A stretch of DNA of 64,000 bases from Candidatus Bathyarchaeia archaeon (GTDB lineage: Archaea; Thermoproteota; Bathyarchaeia; 40CM-2-53-6). This document shows positions 49,583-60,021 of this stretch, piece after piece. Under the pieces are notes generated by a model, which saw only the letters and a program-made list of their open reading frames with translations, was not told the origin of the DNA and did no database searches. Position numbers and translations under genes: made by a program. Numbering within the stretch: position 1 is the first letter of the stretch; every line of letters begins with the position of its first letter. The DNA is taken from NCBI GenBank assembly GCA_049517415.1, contig JBEKSC010000002.1, forward strand, positions 64,001 to 128,000, in the 5' to 3' direction.

Positions 49583-52500
49583 GAGAGATATTCTTCACAG
49601 AGCTCGTTAGACAGGTCCTAGGCCCGAGCACTGGACCCACTGAATCAATGGACAAAGATCCACGCAACGAGTATGTGACAGGTATACTTGAGCCCAGGGA
49701 TTACGACAGAGGACACTTGGAAAACTACGGCAACGCAGACATCGGCATGTTCATCCCTGAAGAGGAACACGAGGAAGACGACTCTGATGTCGCAAATGAT
49801 TTCGGCGGCATTCCGACGAACCTTGACCCCTACGCGTTTCCCAAGAGTATGGGTGTTTCATTTGTTGTGTGCTCCGAAAGCAAGCCGATGGTTGATTTCT
49901 GTGTAACTTGGGCGCGCTATAACAGAGAGAACAATCTTTGGCGAAGAAAACCCGACAAATTGATCGAGCATGGTTTCGATATTTCGCAAACAGAGCCCAA
50001 GCGATGGGTACCATCGTCCGGGGTCCAAGTCGTTCTACGCAGCAAGCAGCAAAGTAATAATGCATGGCACGTGTCTATTTTTATCATCAACACCACGAAA
50101 GTCAAAGAAAAATTCCTTGATACGTCCGAACTGATTTTTCAACCACAGATTCGCGTCCATTTTCACGACGATGTGATGTCTCTACCCGTGGACAGAAGGC
50201 GATTCTCAGAGGACGAAGAAGGACAGCTGGAGCTGCTTTACGCCAATTTGCAGTGCCTCGCCAGAGGACATATGTGTGGTGCTACATGGCGGCAGATCGA
50301 CCCGGAGAGACCATTCGCAGGGAACGCTGGAGACTCCGCATTTCTCCCCGAAGACATAAAACAACTTCCACCAATAGAACGTACATTATTTGTCAATCCA
50401 GACGTTCGAAGCGAATTCCTGCCTTCATACACCGTTACACAAACAACTATGGAGGCACAAGAGATCAGCGAATTGAAAAAGGATGCAGATGCGTCTCTGC
50501 TTTCTGAAATGTGGGATTTCACGCAACTGTCGAAACCCCTGAAGGCGATAGCGGATGAGTATGAGAGATGGATTGAGAAGCAGAAAACAACTGGTATCGG
50601 ACTCGACAAGCCTTCGCGCAATATCGCAGAAACAAATCTCGTCAAATGTGATACGTCACTGAAGCGCATGCGTGAAGGTATTGAGCTGCTGCAGAAAGAT
50701 GATGTCAGACTAGCTTTCTGCTTCATGAACCAGGCCATGAATATCCAATCAAACTGGACTAGATCCCAGAATCTGATTTGGAGGCCGTTTCAGCTTGCAT
50801 TTATTCTGCAATGCATTCCGAGCCTCGAATCGAAAACTCACCGCGATAGAAGAGTCTGCGATCTCCTGTGGTATCCTACAGGAGGGGGGAAAACCGAGGC
50901 ATATCTGGGCCTGATGATCTTCACACTCGCGCTTCGCAGGATCAGAAACACCCAGAGCCCACTCGCAGGAGGTGGAACTGCGATCTTCTCTAGGTATACT
51001 CTGAGACTTCTCACGATTCAACAGTTCAGGCGAACGCTTGCCGTGATAACCGCGTGTGAATATTTGAGAACGCTCAACTGGAAGCCGTCCGGAACGATGT
51101 CTGAACAGAAGAACCTCTGGGGTGGACAGAGGTTTTCAGTCGGCCTCTGGGTTGGAGCTAATGTCACACCCAACAACATCGTGGACAGAAGTGGCTGGGA
51201 TAACCGATTGAACCTCAACAGGAGGTATATCGGAGCGGTTGGTATTCTCAAGTACGCGCACAAAAAGGCGGGAGGACCGAGCGAGCAAATAATCTATCAG
51301 GGTGAAGAACCTGCTCAGGCTCTCAAGTGTCCAAGTTGCGCGACAGTTCTCGCAGTGCCATCAATCGGCCTTACCGGAAAGGAGCACGAAATATACTGGG
51401 TAATCCGGGCCAGCTCGAAACCACCAGAAGATTCGGCTGCTCTTAGCTACAAGCAGTTCAGCGTCAAACAGGTAACGGTGAGAAATCTCCCTCAACCAGG
51501 ATTCTTTGTCCTACACGTCAAGTTTTCCATATCTTCCAACAGGCTGGTAGATGACAGTCTCAATGAATGGAGATTCCATGTCGAGAAGACACTGCAGTGC
51601 AAGTTTGAGTGCTCAGTTGCCAGCAGACCAGGATATTTCATTCGACCCGCGCCGGACGTTTACAAACGCCCTGTCGATTTCGAGATACGCTGCCCGAATC
51701 CAGATTGCAAGCTCAATTCAGTGAATTGGCAGGAGATGGTTCCATCTGCTGCTGGTACGGCGTTCTGCGTCCCACTTGAGCCTTTCGCAATCCCCGGGAA
51801 CGGAAATGCTTCGCACGGGATACCCATTCCTGCCTATACAGTGGACGCTCAGATCTACGCCCGATGCCCTTCCATAATCATAGCTACGGTAGACAAGTTC
51901 GCCAGACTGCCCTTCGAGCCACGCGCTTCTTCTCTCTTTGGCAATGTTAACAAATACGATTCGCTGTGGGGATATAACAGAGACGTGTCACCTCCTGATA
52001 CGGGAAAAGCGAAACCCGGGAAATCAGTTCCTGTTGGCCGGTTCGACCCTCCTGAACTCATCGTACAGGATGAACTTCACCTCATTGAGGGACCTCTCGG
52101 CAGCATGGTTGGGCTATATGAGACCGCTGTCGACACTCTGGCAACGAGTTGGAAAGACGGGGCACCTGTCATTCCAAAGTACATAGCATCCACAGCAACA
52201 ACAAAACAGGCACTCACTCAGATTATGTCATTGTTCAACAGGGGATTGCATCAGTTTCCTCCTGCTGGTCTAAACGCACTGGACAACTTTTTCGCAAGTG
52301 GTGAGGAAGGGCACCCACTTGATGATAAGGCAGGAAGGCTCTACGTCGGAGTTTGCTGTCCCGGAAAAGGGCCACAGACTCCTACTGTCAGAATCTGGTC
52401 CAGTTTGTTGCAGGGAGCAGAACGAATCAAGAAATCGCCGGGTGATTTATCCGAACTTCAGCATTACTGGACAGTTGTTGGATACTTCAACGCTATCCGT

Positions 52501-53400
52501 GAACTCGCTGCTGCAAGAGCGCTGTACAGGCAAGACATTCCCGACTGGATAAAACAAATGGACGGTGCGGCAAATGCACGCTCAATCGATGATACGAACA
52601 TGCTAGAGCTTCACAGCAATGTTGGATCAGCAGAGGTCTCCGCGGTGCTTGAAAGATTAGAAAAGGAAGCGACGATTGATGCTGTCATGGCAACTTCGAT
52701 GTTCGGCACTGGCGTGGACATCGACAGGCTTTCGTTGATGATTGTGCATGGTCAACCAAAGACAACTGCGAGCTACATTCAGGCCACAGGGCGTGTAGGA
52801 AGAAAAAAAGCCGGCCTTGTTGTCACGTTTCTGAGGTCAACTCGCCCACGGGACCTTGACCACTACGAGTTTTTCACAGGCTACCATCGTGCTCTTCACA
52901 AGTACGTCGAGCCCGTTACAGTCGCACCATTCTCCACGCGAGCGTGTGATCGAGCGCTCGGTCCAGTAGCCGTCGCAATACTTCGCAATGGAATATTGGT
53001 TGAGACAGTAGGCATCGATCCATCGTGGGCGCCAGAAAGCGAATACTGGAAGAAGGCTACGAGTCAAAGTGGTTCCAGATTGATGAGAACCAACAAAAAC
53101 GCGCCGGAGCTTCACATTATTGCCGGGAATTTCGATACTCGCGCGGAGAACCAGCCAGGGAGCAGGAAAAGGGCAAAGAACGCTACTAAGAATGATATTG
53201 AGTCTTTCTATGAAAAATGGGAGAATGTGGCGAAGATGGAGCCGAACCTGTTGTACTCTGAACCCTCTTTCAATTATGTACCCGACAATGCTGTGGTTCT
53301 CGGAGATGAGCAGCACCTGCAACACAAGAAGCGCGTTGTAGCCGAGAACACCCCGCAGTCAATGCGAGAGATGGAGTCAACAACGAGGTTCAGTGGTTAG
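49579..53400 (+). CDS. drmA: DISARM helicase DrmA
   Basis: FQPQI, WRPFQLAFIL, PTGGGKTEAYLG, RYTLRLLTIQQF, ATVDKFA, QDELH, GPLGSMVGLYE, YIQATGRVGR, RPRDLDHYE. Confidence 0.92.
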   Translation: MREIFFTELVRQVLGPSTGPTESMDKDPRNEYVTGILEPRDYDRGHLENYGNADIGMFIPEEEHEEDDSDVANDFGGIPTNLDPYAFPKSMGVSFVVCSESKPMVDFCVTWARYNRENNLWRRKPDKLIEHGFDISQTEPKRWVPSSGVQVVLRSKQQSNNAWHVSIFIINTTKVKEKFLDTSELIFQPQIRVHFHDDVMSLPVDRRRFSEDEEGQLELLYANLQCLARGHMCGATWRQIDPERPFAGNAGDSAFLPEDIKQLPPIERTLFVNPDVRSEFLPSYTVTQTTMEAQEISELKKDADASLLSEMWDFTQLSKPLKAIADEYERWIEKQKTTGIGLDKPSRNIAETNLVKCDTSLKRMREGIELLQKDDVRLAFCFMNQAMNIQSNWTRSQNLIWRPFQLAFILQCIPSLESKTHRDRRVCDLLWYPTGGGKTEAYLGLMIFTLALRRIRNTQSPLAGGGTAIFSRYTLRLLTIQQFRRTLAVITACEYLRTLNWKPSGTMSEQKNLWGGQRFSVGLWVGANVTPNNIVDRSGWDNRLNLNRRYIGAVGILKYAHKKAGGPSEQIIYQGEEPAQALKCPSCATVLAVPSIGLTGKEHEIYWVIRASSKPPEDSAALSYKQFSVKQVTVRNLPQPGFFVLHVKFSISSNRLVDDSLNEWRFHVEKTLQCKFECSVASRPGYFIRPAPDVYKRPVDFEIRCPNPDCKLNSVNWQEMVPSAAGTAFCVPLEPFAIPGNGNASHGIPIPAYTVDAQIYARCPSIIIATVDKFARLPFEPRASSLFGNVNKYDSLWGYNRDVSPPDTGKAKPGKSVPVGRFDPPELIVQDELHLIEGPLGSMVGLYETAVDTLATSWKDGAPVIPKYIASTATTKQALTQIMSLFNRGLHQFPPAGLNALDNFFASGEEGHPLDDKAGRLYVGVCCPGKGPQTPTVRIWSSLLQGAERIKKSPGDLSELQHYWTVVGYFNAIRELAAARALYRQDIPDWIKQMDGAANARSIDDTNMLELHSNVGSAEVSAVLERLEKEATIDAVMATSMFGTGVDIDRLSLMIVHGQPKTTASYIQATGRVGRKKAGLVVTFLRSTRPRDLDHYEFFTGYHRALHKYVEPVTVAPFSTRACDRALGPVAVAILRNGILVETVGIDPSWAPESEYWKKATSQSGSRLMRTNKNAPELHIIAGNFDTRAENQPGSRKRAKNATKNDIESFYEKWENVAKMEPNLLYSEPSFNYVPDNAVVLGDEQHLQHKKRVVAENTPQSMREMESTTRFSG

Positions 53401-53402
53401 AT

Positions 53403-55133
53403 ATGCCAGGACAGGCTCTCAGGCCATCGCAGTTCATCTACACTTTTGGAGTTGGCAGCATAATTGAAGCTCCAGGAGGCCCGAGGCTTGTCCCTGCTTT
53501 TGAGAAATGGGGGAGAGTGTTTGGTCCAGGTAGAACTCCTCCCGTTTCCATGTTTGCTATTCCAGATAGCACAAGTTCTTCACTCATTGATGACGGCCTG
53601 ATCTTTCGGATTCCCACTAACGTCGATCTGAACGAGCCAGAGAATGTGCAGGTCTTCTTTACAGAGCGTTTTCCGGAGTGGGCACTCTGCGTCCCCCACG
53701 GGTACCTCTTTCAACTTCCTAAGGATGACAGAACAAGGTGCCCCGACTGCCTGAACTCTGGTTCAACAAAATCTGCGCGACCGAAAGCAATTCGCTTCGT
53801 CAGGGCATGCCCGGAGGGTCATCTCGACGATGTGGACTGGTACGGAATCATCCATTCGTTTGGGAAAAGTTGCAACAGTACGGTTTATCGCTGGAATTCG
53901 GAGGGTGGGTCATTGCGAGATGTCGAGATTTCCTGTACATGCGGCGCAAGAAAGACCCTGCAGGATATTTACAGGGAAACAAAGCACTGCACTGGCCGAT
54001 TTCCGGAAAGTGGTACAGCTTTTTCAAGCTGTTCGAAGGAAGCAAAGGTCACACTGCGGGGTTCTTCGAGCCTTCGGATTCCCGAAGTCTTCACAACCAT
54101 CACAATCCCTCAGTTCGCATCACGACTTCATAGAATTCTAGATAGCTATCAAATGAGAACAATACTCGCAACACGAAAGGCCTGGACCAAAGCAGATTTG
54201 GTTGACGCACTGAAGAATATGTCTGAGCTCGATCCGAATCTTTTCGACCCAAGAACTATTGACGAAGTGAACACACAGACTGAGGAACGATTACTCAAGA
54301 GTATTGATGACCTGAGGCGGTTTGCACTTAACAGGCCAACAACACTTTCAGCAGTACGCGAGATGGAATTCAACGCTCTTCAAGATGCTGCGGAGAACGG
54401 CCATCCTCCTGATCCAACTTCCGAGAGCCCAGAATTCCAAGTGAACAAGTTCAAAGTAAGGAAAGACGTTCCGTTCTCGTCTCACAACTACAGAATCGCG
54501 CCGGTGGAGAGGCTCCGAGTTGTAACCGTTCAAAGAGGCTACAGGAGACTCGGAACAAACCCAGATTCCAACAAGCTGGTAAAAACCTTCTACTTTGATG
54601 GAAACAGGAAGTGGTTTCCTGGACTGGAGCAAATTGGCGAAGGGATATTCATTGACTTCGGAAAGAACAAACCGAAATTGACCTCTGAGGAGTGGAACAA
54701 CGAGTATCAAAATCGCATGGACCTGCAGTTCCATCCTGTTTTTGTTTGGTGGCATTCGCTTTCACACAGGATCATTACGGCACTCTCAATTGATTCTGGT
54801 TACTCATCTGCTGCGATAAGAGAGAGTGTCTACACAATGAAAGACCCCCGGACAGGAGACGTTTCTGGAGGCGTCCTATTCTATACCACTCAGACAGGCA
54901 CTGACGGGAGTCTGGGCGGGCTCATTTCACTTGTTCCCGAGTTCGAGACTGTTCTTTCAGCCGCCATGCGAAATTTGGATGTCTGCTCAAATGATCCACT
55001 GTGCAGCGAGATGTCAGTCAAAACCCGTGGCATCAACGGCGCTGCATGTTACGCATGCCTCCTGCTGTCAGAGACATCCTGCTCGAACAGGAATATGTTT
55101 CTGGACAGAAATCTGTTGAGAGGAAATATCTAA
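53403..55133 (+). CDS. drmB: DISARM DrmB (DUF1998 domain)
   Basis: RPSQFIYTFGVGSI, RFVRACPEGHLDD, GEGIF, HSLSH, GSLGGL, CSNDPLC...ACYAC..LSETSC. Confidence 0.92.
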   Translation: MPGQALRPSQFIYTFGVGSIIEAPGGPRLVPAFEKWGRVFGPGRTPPVSMFAIPDSTSSSLIDDGLIFRIPTNVDLNEPENVQVFFTERFPEWALCVPHGYLFQLPKDDRTRCPDCLNSGSTKSARPKAIRFVRACPEGHLDDVDWYGIIHSFGKSCNSTVYRWNSEGGSLRDVEISCTCGARKTLQDIYRETKHCTGRFPESGTAFSSCSKEAKVTLRGSSSLRIPEVFTTITIPQFASRLHRILDSYQMRTILATRKAWTKADLVDALKNMSELDPNLFDPRTIDEVNTQTEERLLKSIDDLRRFALNRPTTLSAVREMEFNALQDAAENGHPPDPTSESPEFQVNKFKVRKDVPFSSHNYRIAPVERLRVVTVQRGYRRLGTNPDSNKLVKTFYFDGNRKWFPGLEQIGEGIFIDFGKNKPKLTSEEWNNEYQNRMDLQFHPVFVWWHSLSHRIITALSIDSGYSSAAIRESVYTMKDPRTGDVSGGVLFYTTQTGTDGSLGGLISLVPEFETVLSAAMRNLDVCSNDPLCSEMSVKTRGINGAACYACLLLSETSCSNRNMFLDRNLLRGNI

Positions 55134-55657
55134 TGTCTACCGAAGATCTGGGCCCCGAGGTCGCGGTTACAGGAGACTTCTGGCTTGGCAGAGGTCTCAG
55201 GTCAATCTGGACACTTGTTAGAGACTGCATTTCCAAGGCCGAAAGTGAAATTCAGATCGCAGCGTATGCAATAGGAGAGAATTCCGACGAGTATGAATTC
55301 TTCGAATTGCTGAGAGGTGTGCTAGCGCGAGGAATTCGAGTACTGATGATTGTAAATAGGTTTTCCAATCAGCGTGGTTCTGTTCGAGATGCTCTTCTCG
55401 AACTTGCAGGGAAATATCCCAGTTTTGCGCTCAAAAGTTTCAACCCACGGGACAAAAGAGAAGACCTCCACGCCAAGCTTATTGTGGTAGATCACACGAT
55501 CGCTCTTGTCGGTTCGGCCAATCTGTCGTTCAAAGGAATGGTCGCGAATCATGAAGTAATGGTAAAGCTGTCTGGGAAGACTGCTTATTCTGTCGGTGAA
55601 CTTCTTGACAGATTATCTGCGAATTCTGAGACCATCCAAGAAGCCATAGGCAGGTGA
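55133..55657 (+). CDS. drmC: DISARM phospholipase D-family nuclease DrmC
   Basis: HAKLIVVD, GSANLS, NHE; ATG overlaps the drmB stop (TAATG). Confidence 0.85.
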   Translation: MSTEDLGPEVAVTGDFWLGRGLRSIWTLVRDCISKAESEIQIAAYAIGENSDEYEFFELLRGVLARGIRVLMIVNRFSNQRGSVRDALLELAGKYPSFALKSFNPRDKREDLHAKLIVVDHTIALVGSANLSFKGMVANHEVMVKLSGKTAYSVGELLDRLSANSETIQEAIGR

Positions 55658-55661
55658 CGCG

Positions 55662-57110
55662 ATGGAGGGTGGAAATGAACAACACCTTGCACTCCTTCTG
55701 AAGAAATTCAACCAGAAAATGTATCTCGATTATGTCGCCAAAACTGAACAGATTATCAAGAGTTGTGACGACTCATCACGGTTTACTGACCTTGAGGTAA
55801 TAAAAACCCCTGATAAAGCAGGCGACCTCGCCTTCAGAGCTGATTTCGAATTCCCCATTCACATCATGCTATCCCATCCAATCTGCACGTTCAAGTCCCA
55901 CAGGAATTATCCTGTCGGCAACAAAATGTACATAGCAAACCTCGGGCTCGTTCCGGTGTTTTTTTCCAGCGTGAACCTGATGAGCGTCCTGAAATTATGG
56001 GGCGAACGTGCGACAGGGTTCTTTAATCCCACAAATACGCCTCTTGCTGACTCCGATGCGATTTGCTGGGAGCTACCCCGCGCGTCCAAACCCGCGCAAT
56101 TCTCCAGCATGAATTTCATTTTACAAAATGGAGCAGATCCGCAGGTTGTGGACCCAACCCTGACCACTATTTTCGAGAAGTACTTTCGACTATTGTACTG
56201 GACGTTTCCGCATCAAGGTTTCTCGCCGTCCACTCACTTTCTACATGGAAATTCGAGGATCAGCTCACAGGTGAAAATATCAAAGAGTCTGTACATCGTC
56301 GAGGAGGTGAGAAACCCTTACAGATTTTCCCTCGAAGGAAAGATGATTGAAGGAACATATGTCATGCTCAGAGGGCTTAACTTAGATGGTGATAAGTTCC
56401 TCTTTCAGTCGTTTCCGGCTGTGCTGGATTCCGAATTGGCGGAACAAGTGCTTGCTCGACGGAACCTCGAATCAAGTTTCATCAACGGAGTTGTGGCTGA
56501 GGTCTCACAGCAAACGGCGAATGAACAGCAGTTCACCAAACATTCTCTTCTCACAGTGGTATCTGATTACGGAGAATCGTATTACGACATTATTTCGGCG
56601 CTAACGGGAATGATTGCTGACTCCAAGTTTGCATGCTCAGATTCGCTCAGCGAAATCGGACCCTTAGAAGACATCTCTTTGCAGGTCACCGACGCATACC
56701 GGATTATCTATAGGATGCTCAAAGTTGAGAGGTCGTTGTCCGAGGACATTAACAATGTGTTCGAGCTCGTAATCGACCAGATGTTTCCGGCACTCGTAGA
56801 AGACAATGGATTGTTGTTTTATGTTCACCCACTGGCATGGGGACTTCTAAAGAAGTGGAATTTGATCAGTTCTGAGAAAAACAAGCAGAAAGATGTTCTT
56901 CTGCATCTCATACGGCTCTTGCAGATATCGGAAACCAGCTCCTCCATGAAGGTGTATTTGGACAAAAGCTCTGACTACTTTCAGAGACTCGCTGTAAGCA
57001 AACGGGAACTCACTAGATCAGTGTATCAGCTTGCAAATGCAATTCGTCTCCTAAAAGTGATGAGAAAGATCTGGACGACAAGCCCTCAGCCGAGCATACA
57101 TCTACCTTAA
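55662..57110 (+). CDS. uncharacterised protein in the DISARM-like operon
   Basis: 482-aa ORF starting 4 bp after drmC on the same strand; no motif recognised. Confidence 0.8.
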   Translation: MEGGNEQHLALLLKKFNQKMYLDYVAKTEQIIKSCDDSSRFTDLEVIKTPDKAGDLAFRADFEFPIHIMLSHPICTFKSHRNYPVGNKMYIANLGLVPVFFSSVNLMSVLKLWGERATGFFNPTNTPLADSDAICWELPRASKPAQFSSMNFILQNGADPQVVDPTLTTIFEKYFRLLYWTFPHQGFSPSTHFLHGNSRISSQVKISKSLYIVEEVRNPYRFSLEGKMIEGTYVMLRGLNLDGDKFLFQSFPAVLDSELAEQVLARRNLESSFINGVVAEVSQQTANEQQFTKHSLLTVVSDYGESYYDIISALTGMIADSKFACSDSLSEIGPLEDISLQVTDAYRIIYRMLKVERSLSEDINNVFELVIDQMFPALVEDNGLLFYVHPLAWGLLKKWNLISSEKNKQKDVLLHLIRLLQISETSSSMKVYLDKSSDYFQRLAVSKRELTRSVYQLANAIRLLKVMRKIWTTSPQPSIHLP

Positions 57111-57182
57111 TCGTGAAAGGCCCGTCTTGGCTCGTAACGTCCATTCCTCTTGGATTCTCACTTTTGGAAAGATCTTGTTTTG

Positions 57183-57557
57183 TCAAGCAGGGACATGCCG
57201 AATGTCAATACCTAACTCTTTTGCAACCTTCCCGTATTTGCTTGCGATAAACCTGCGATATACCACTCGGTTAGTCAGCACGAGAATTCTCTTTCTTGCT
57301 TTAGTCCCTAGTAAGAGCAAGCAGTCTCTTGAAATGTCCCCGAGCGTAGCCGTACGTAGAGCCTTACTTGATAGTTTCTGCTTGTTTGGTTCCGAGGTCT
57401 TGATCTCGCCCACGATCCTTCCGTCTGCGGAAACAAAGTCGCATTCGTGTTCCTCGCCGCCTGCAAGTTTCATCTTTCTTTTCGTGAGGGGACCAAAATT
57501 TCTGCTAAGTCTCGACCTTACATCTGCTTCCTTCTTGAGCCTTTGTTGATAGTTCAA
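57183..57557 (-). CDS. small PD-(D/E)xK nuclease-like protein
   Basis: E...HECDFVSADGRIVGEIKT; SD GAGGTGA; 9 bp downstream of the integrase. Confidence 0.7.
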   Translation of the reverse strand: MNYQQRLKKEADVRSRLSRNFGPLTKRKMKLAGGEEHECDFVSADGRIVGEIKTSEPNKQKLSSKALRTATLGDISRDCLLLLGTKARKRILVLTNRVVYRRFIASKYGKVAKELGIDIRHVPA

Positions 57558-57566
57558 TTTCTCACC

Positions 57567-58779
57567 TCACAGAGCCACAGTCAACGCCATGGCCTTTAGC
57601 TTCGATCTCACAAACTCCTTGAACTCTGGATCGACAGCAAGCCTATCCATTACGTAATCGGTCTTCGACTCCTCATCATGCATTAGCATCGCTGTTCTCA
57701 CGTCCAGTGGACAGCCACAACGAGAGCAGAAACCACTAGTAGGCGAATTGACTTCCTGACAACGCGAACACGTCTTGATTCTCAACGTATGTTCTTCGCT
57801 GTTCACTTCATCTTCGGTCTTGATACCATTCAGCTTCAGCAATGCATTGTCAATATTCCGGCCTGATAGATGCACGTAGGTTGAAGCCATTCTTGAGTCA
57901 CCAACCCATCCTAGGTACTCCTTCATTTGAGCCTCAGTTAGGACGTTGGCGAGGTTTGAGGCTCTCGCATGTCTGAAGGAGTGAGGATTAACACGTTTGC
58001 CTATCTTAGCTCTTGAGGCTGTGACAGACAGCATCTTTCTGAACGCGTAGTATTCGAGTGGCTTTGTTGACCCAGCAGATTCGAAGCTGGTCCACAAAGG
58101 CGATTCGGGATCAAGTCTTGATGGATGATGGTTCAACCAATCCGACAGTGCCTTCGCTGAGAAGATTATTCGCACCCTACGTGGACCCGTTTTCCCCTTC
58201 ACAATCATGACCGCTCCGTGCGTGTCGAATTGTACGTCATCGACTTTCAGGGTGAGTATCTCTCCCACTCTGCATCCTGTCTCGTACAGAACGAGTATTA
58301 GCGCCCGGTCTCGCTGGTTCTGACAGATCTCAGCCAATTTCTTGACTTCGTCCTCTGTTAGAAGATGTTCGGGCAGGACCTTGTGATTATTGTTCCGCCT
58401 TGCTCTTATCCATTTTACTTCAACCGGATAATCGTCTTCAGAGTTTCGTAGCCATTTGTAGAATCTTGATGCATTGCTTTTCAGACAGTTTCGTATCGTA
58501 TGCTGTGTCTTGTTTCTCGAGGTCGGATATTACTCGGATCATGTCAGTTTTGGTTGTGCGTCTGAATTCTTTGCTTAGTAGGCTGGAGAGTTTCCTGAGC
58601 ACGTAGGTGCACCTTACCTGTGTAGGTGTGCTTAGTCCTTCGGCTCGTATGTATTCTAGAAATTGTTTGATTTTCTTGCGGTTGCTCTCGAGAACTTTCT
58701 TGTCATTTTCGAGGTTTGACAGCGCCGCTGTTAGTCTTTGATCGTAGTGGTGAATATCGAAGGCTACCTGCTGGTTCAT
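57567..58779 (-). pseudogene. tyrosine integrase with a C-terminal Zn ribbon, frameshifted near 58465
   Basis: ETGCRVGE, KGKTG, HSFRHAR, LGW, STYVH, CSRC..CSRC; the N-terminal ORF 58438-58779 leaves the frame at IK|RFYKWL. Confidence 0.88.
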
Positions 58780-58803
58780 GGCTGAAAATTCTTAGAAGGG
58801 CCG

Positions 58804-58809
58804 ATATAA
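58804..58809 (-). promoter_or_regulatory. TATA box of the integrase gene
   Basis: TTATAT about 25 nt upstream of the ATG at 58779. Confidence 0.5.
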
Positions 58810-58836
58810 GTAAGGAAGCGAACTGAATCTTAAGTT

Positions 58837-58927
<91 letters not shown>

Positions 58928-59156
58928 TAAAGGGGGCTTTAGTCCTTGAGGATCCCGTGGGGGTCAACTTTTCCCATCCTGTTCCATATTTCCTCTGTGT
59001 CAATTTCTCGGTGCAGGATCATTTTCACTCAGCACTCGATGAATGCTCGTAATCTCACAATCCAATAGGGTCCCGCTACCCTCGAAACCTGAGGCGGGTA
59101 GGAGGGAGTTGAAGGATTCTTTCGGCGGTAAGGTCGAGAACGAAAATTCCTGTAAT

Positions 59157-59699
59157 ATGCATAGCTTTTCGGTTCAGCTTCCAGCTAAAGTAGCGGACTG
59201 GGTGGAGAAGGCTGCGCTTGGGAAAGAGAAAACGCCCGAGCAGTTCCTGCGGGAACTGGTAATCACAAACGTAGAGGAAGAAGCTACGCCTCTAACGCTT
59301 CGGCTTCAACGGCTCGACGAACTCGTCAAGAAAATGCAGGTAACAGTAAAGAAGACGCCTATGCAGGAACAGAAGGACGCCAAAACGACGGTCCACTCTT
59401 TAGAGGAACGGGCGAAGAAACGGGACCACCTAATCGAATTAGGATTGGAAGCCTACGACGAACTGAGGAAGATCGCAGCATCGGAACAGGCTTCTAAGAA
59501 ATCGGAGGCCCGCCTCCAAGCATTCGCAGTGATGGCTCGCATCGGCACATTCAATGCTGCCGTAATCCGCGACGCCGAAAACGATGAACTAGGCCACATC
59601 TTAGCGGAACTGGAGGAGACAGACGAGCGTCTCAAAGAACAGCTGAATAAACAAGAGAAAAAGGAAGCAGAGGAGAGAGAACGCTATCGACATAGCTAG
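59157..59699 (+). CDS. hypothetical protein with an RHH-like N-terminus and coiled coil
   Basis: FSVQLPAKVADWVEKAA..K.KTPEQFLREL; charged helical remainder. Confidence 0.65.
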   Translation: MHSFSVQLPAKVADWVEKAALGKEKTPEQFLRELVITNVEEEATPLTLRLQRLDELVKKMQVTVKKTPMQEQKDAKTTVHSLEERAKKRDHLIELGLEAYDELRKIAASEQASKKSEARLQAFAVMARIGTFNAAVIRDAENDELGHILAELEETDERLKEQLNKQEKKEAEERERYRHS

Positions 59700-60006
59700 C
59701 GCCGAATCCGCAAGAAACCAACCGAGGCGCCTCAAACTAAAGCGTTATCGAAGCGTTCAGGTTAACTTCAGGGTCAGCAGCAAATGGTTGAACATAGTCA
59801 ACCTATTAGCCAAGCTGGAAGGCCGCAGCAGCAGCGCCCTAATGCGTGAACTCCTCAACCTCGGCCTCGCCCAATACGTCAACATCCACTACCGCACACC
59901 CCAACTCATCAGGCAACAACAACTCCAGTCCATGATCAACAAACAACCACCCGAAGCCGCATCCCGAGCCAAGGCAGCCCAGAAAAAAGTTTCTGGTAGG
60001 TTTTAG
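59692..60006 (+). CDS. ribbon-helix-helix protein (start uncertain)
   Basis: VQVNFRVSSKWLNIVNLLAKLEGRSSSALMRELL; the beta-strand lies upstream of the first TTG at 59788. Confidence 0.6.
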   Translation: MASAESARNQPRRLKLKRYRSVQVNFRVSSKWLNIVNLLAKLEGRSSSALMRELLNLGLAQYVNIHYRTPQLIRQQQLQSMINKQPPEAASRAKAAQKKVSGRF

Positions 60007-60021
60007 TATCTCTCGTAGGCG

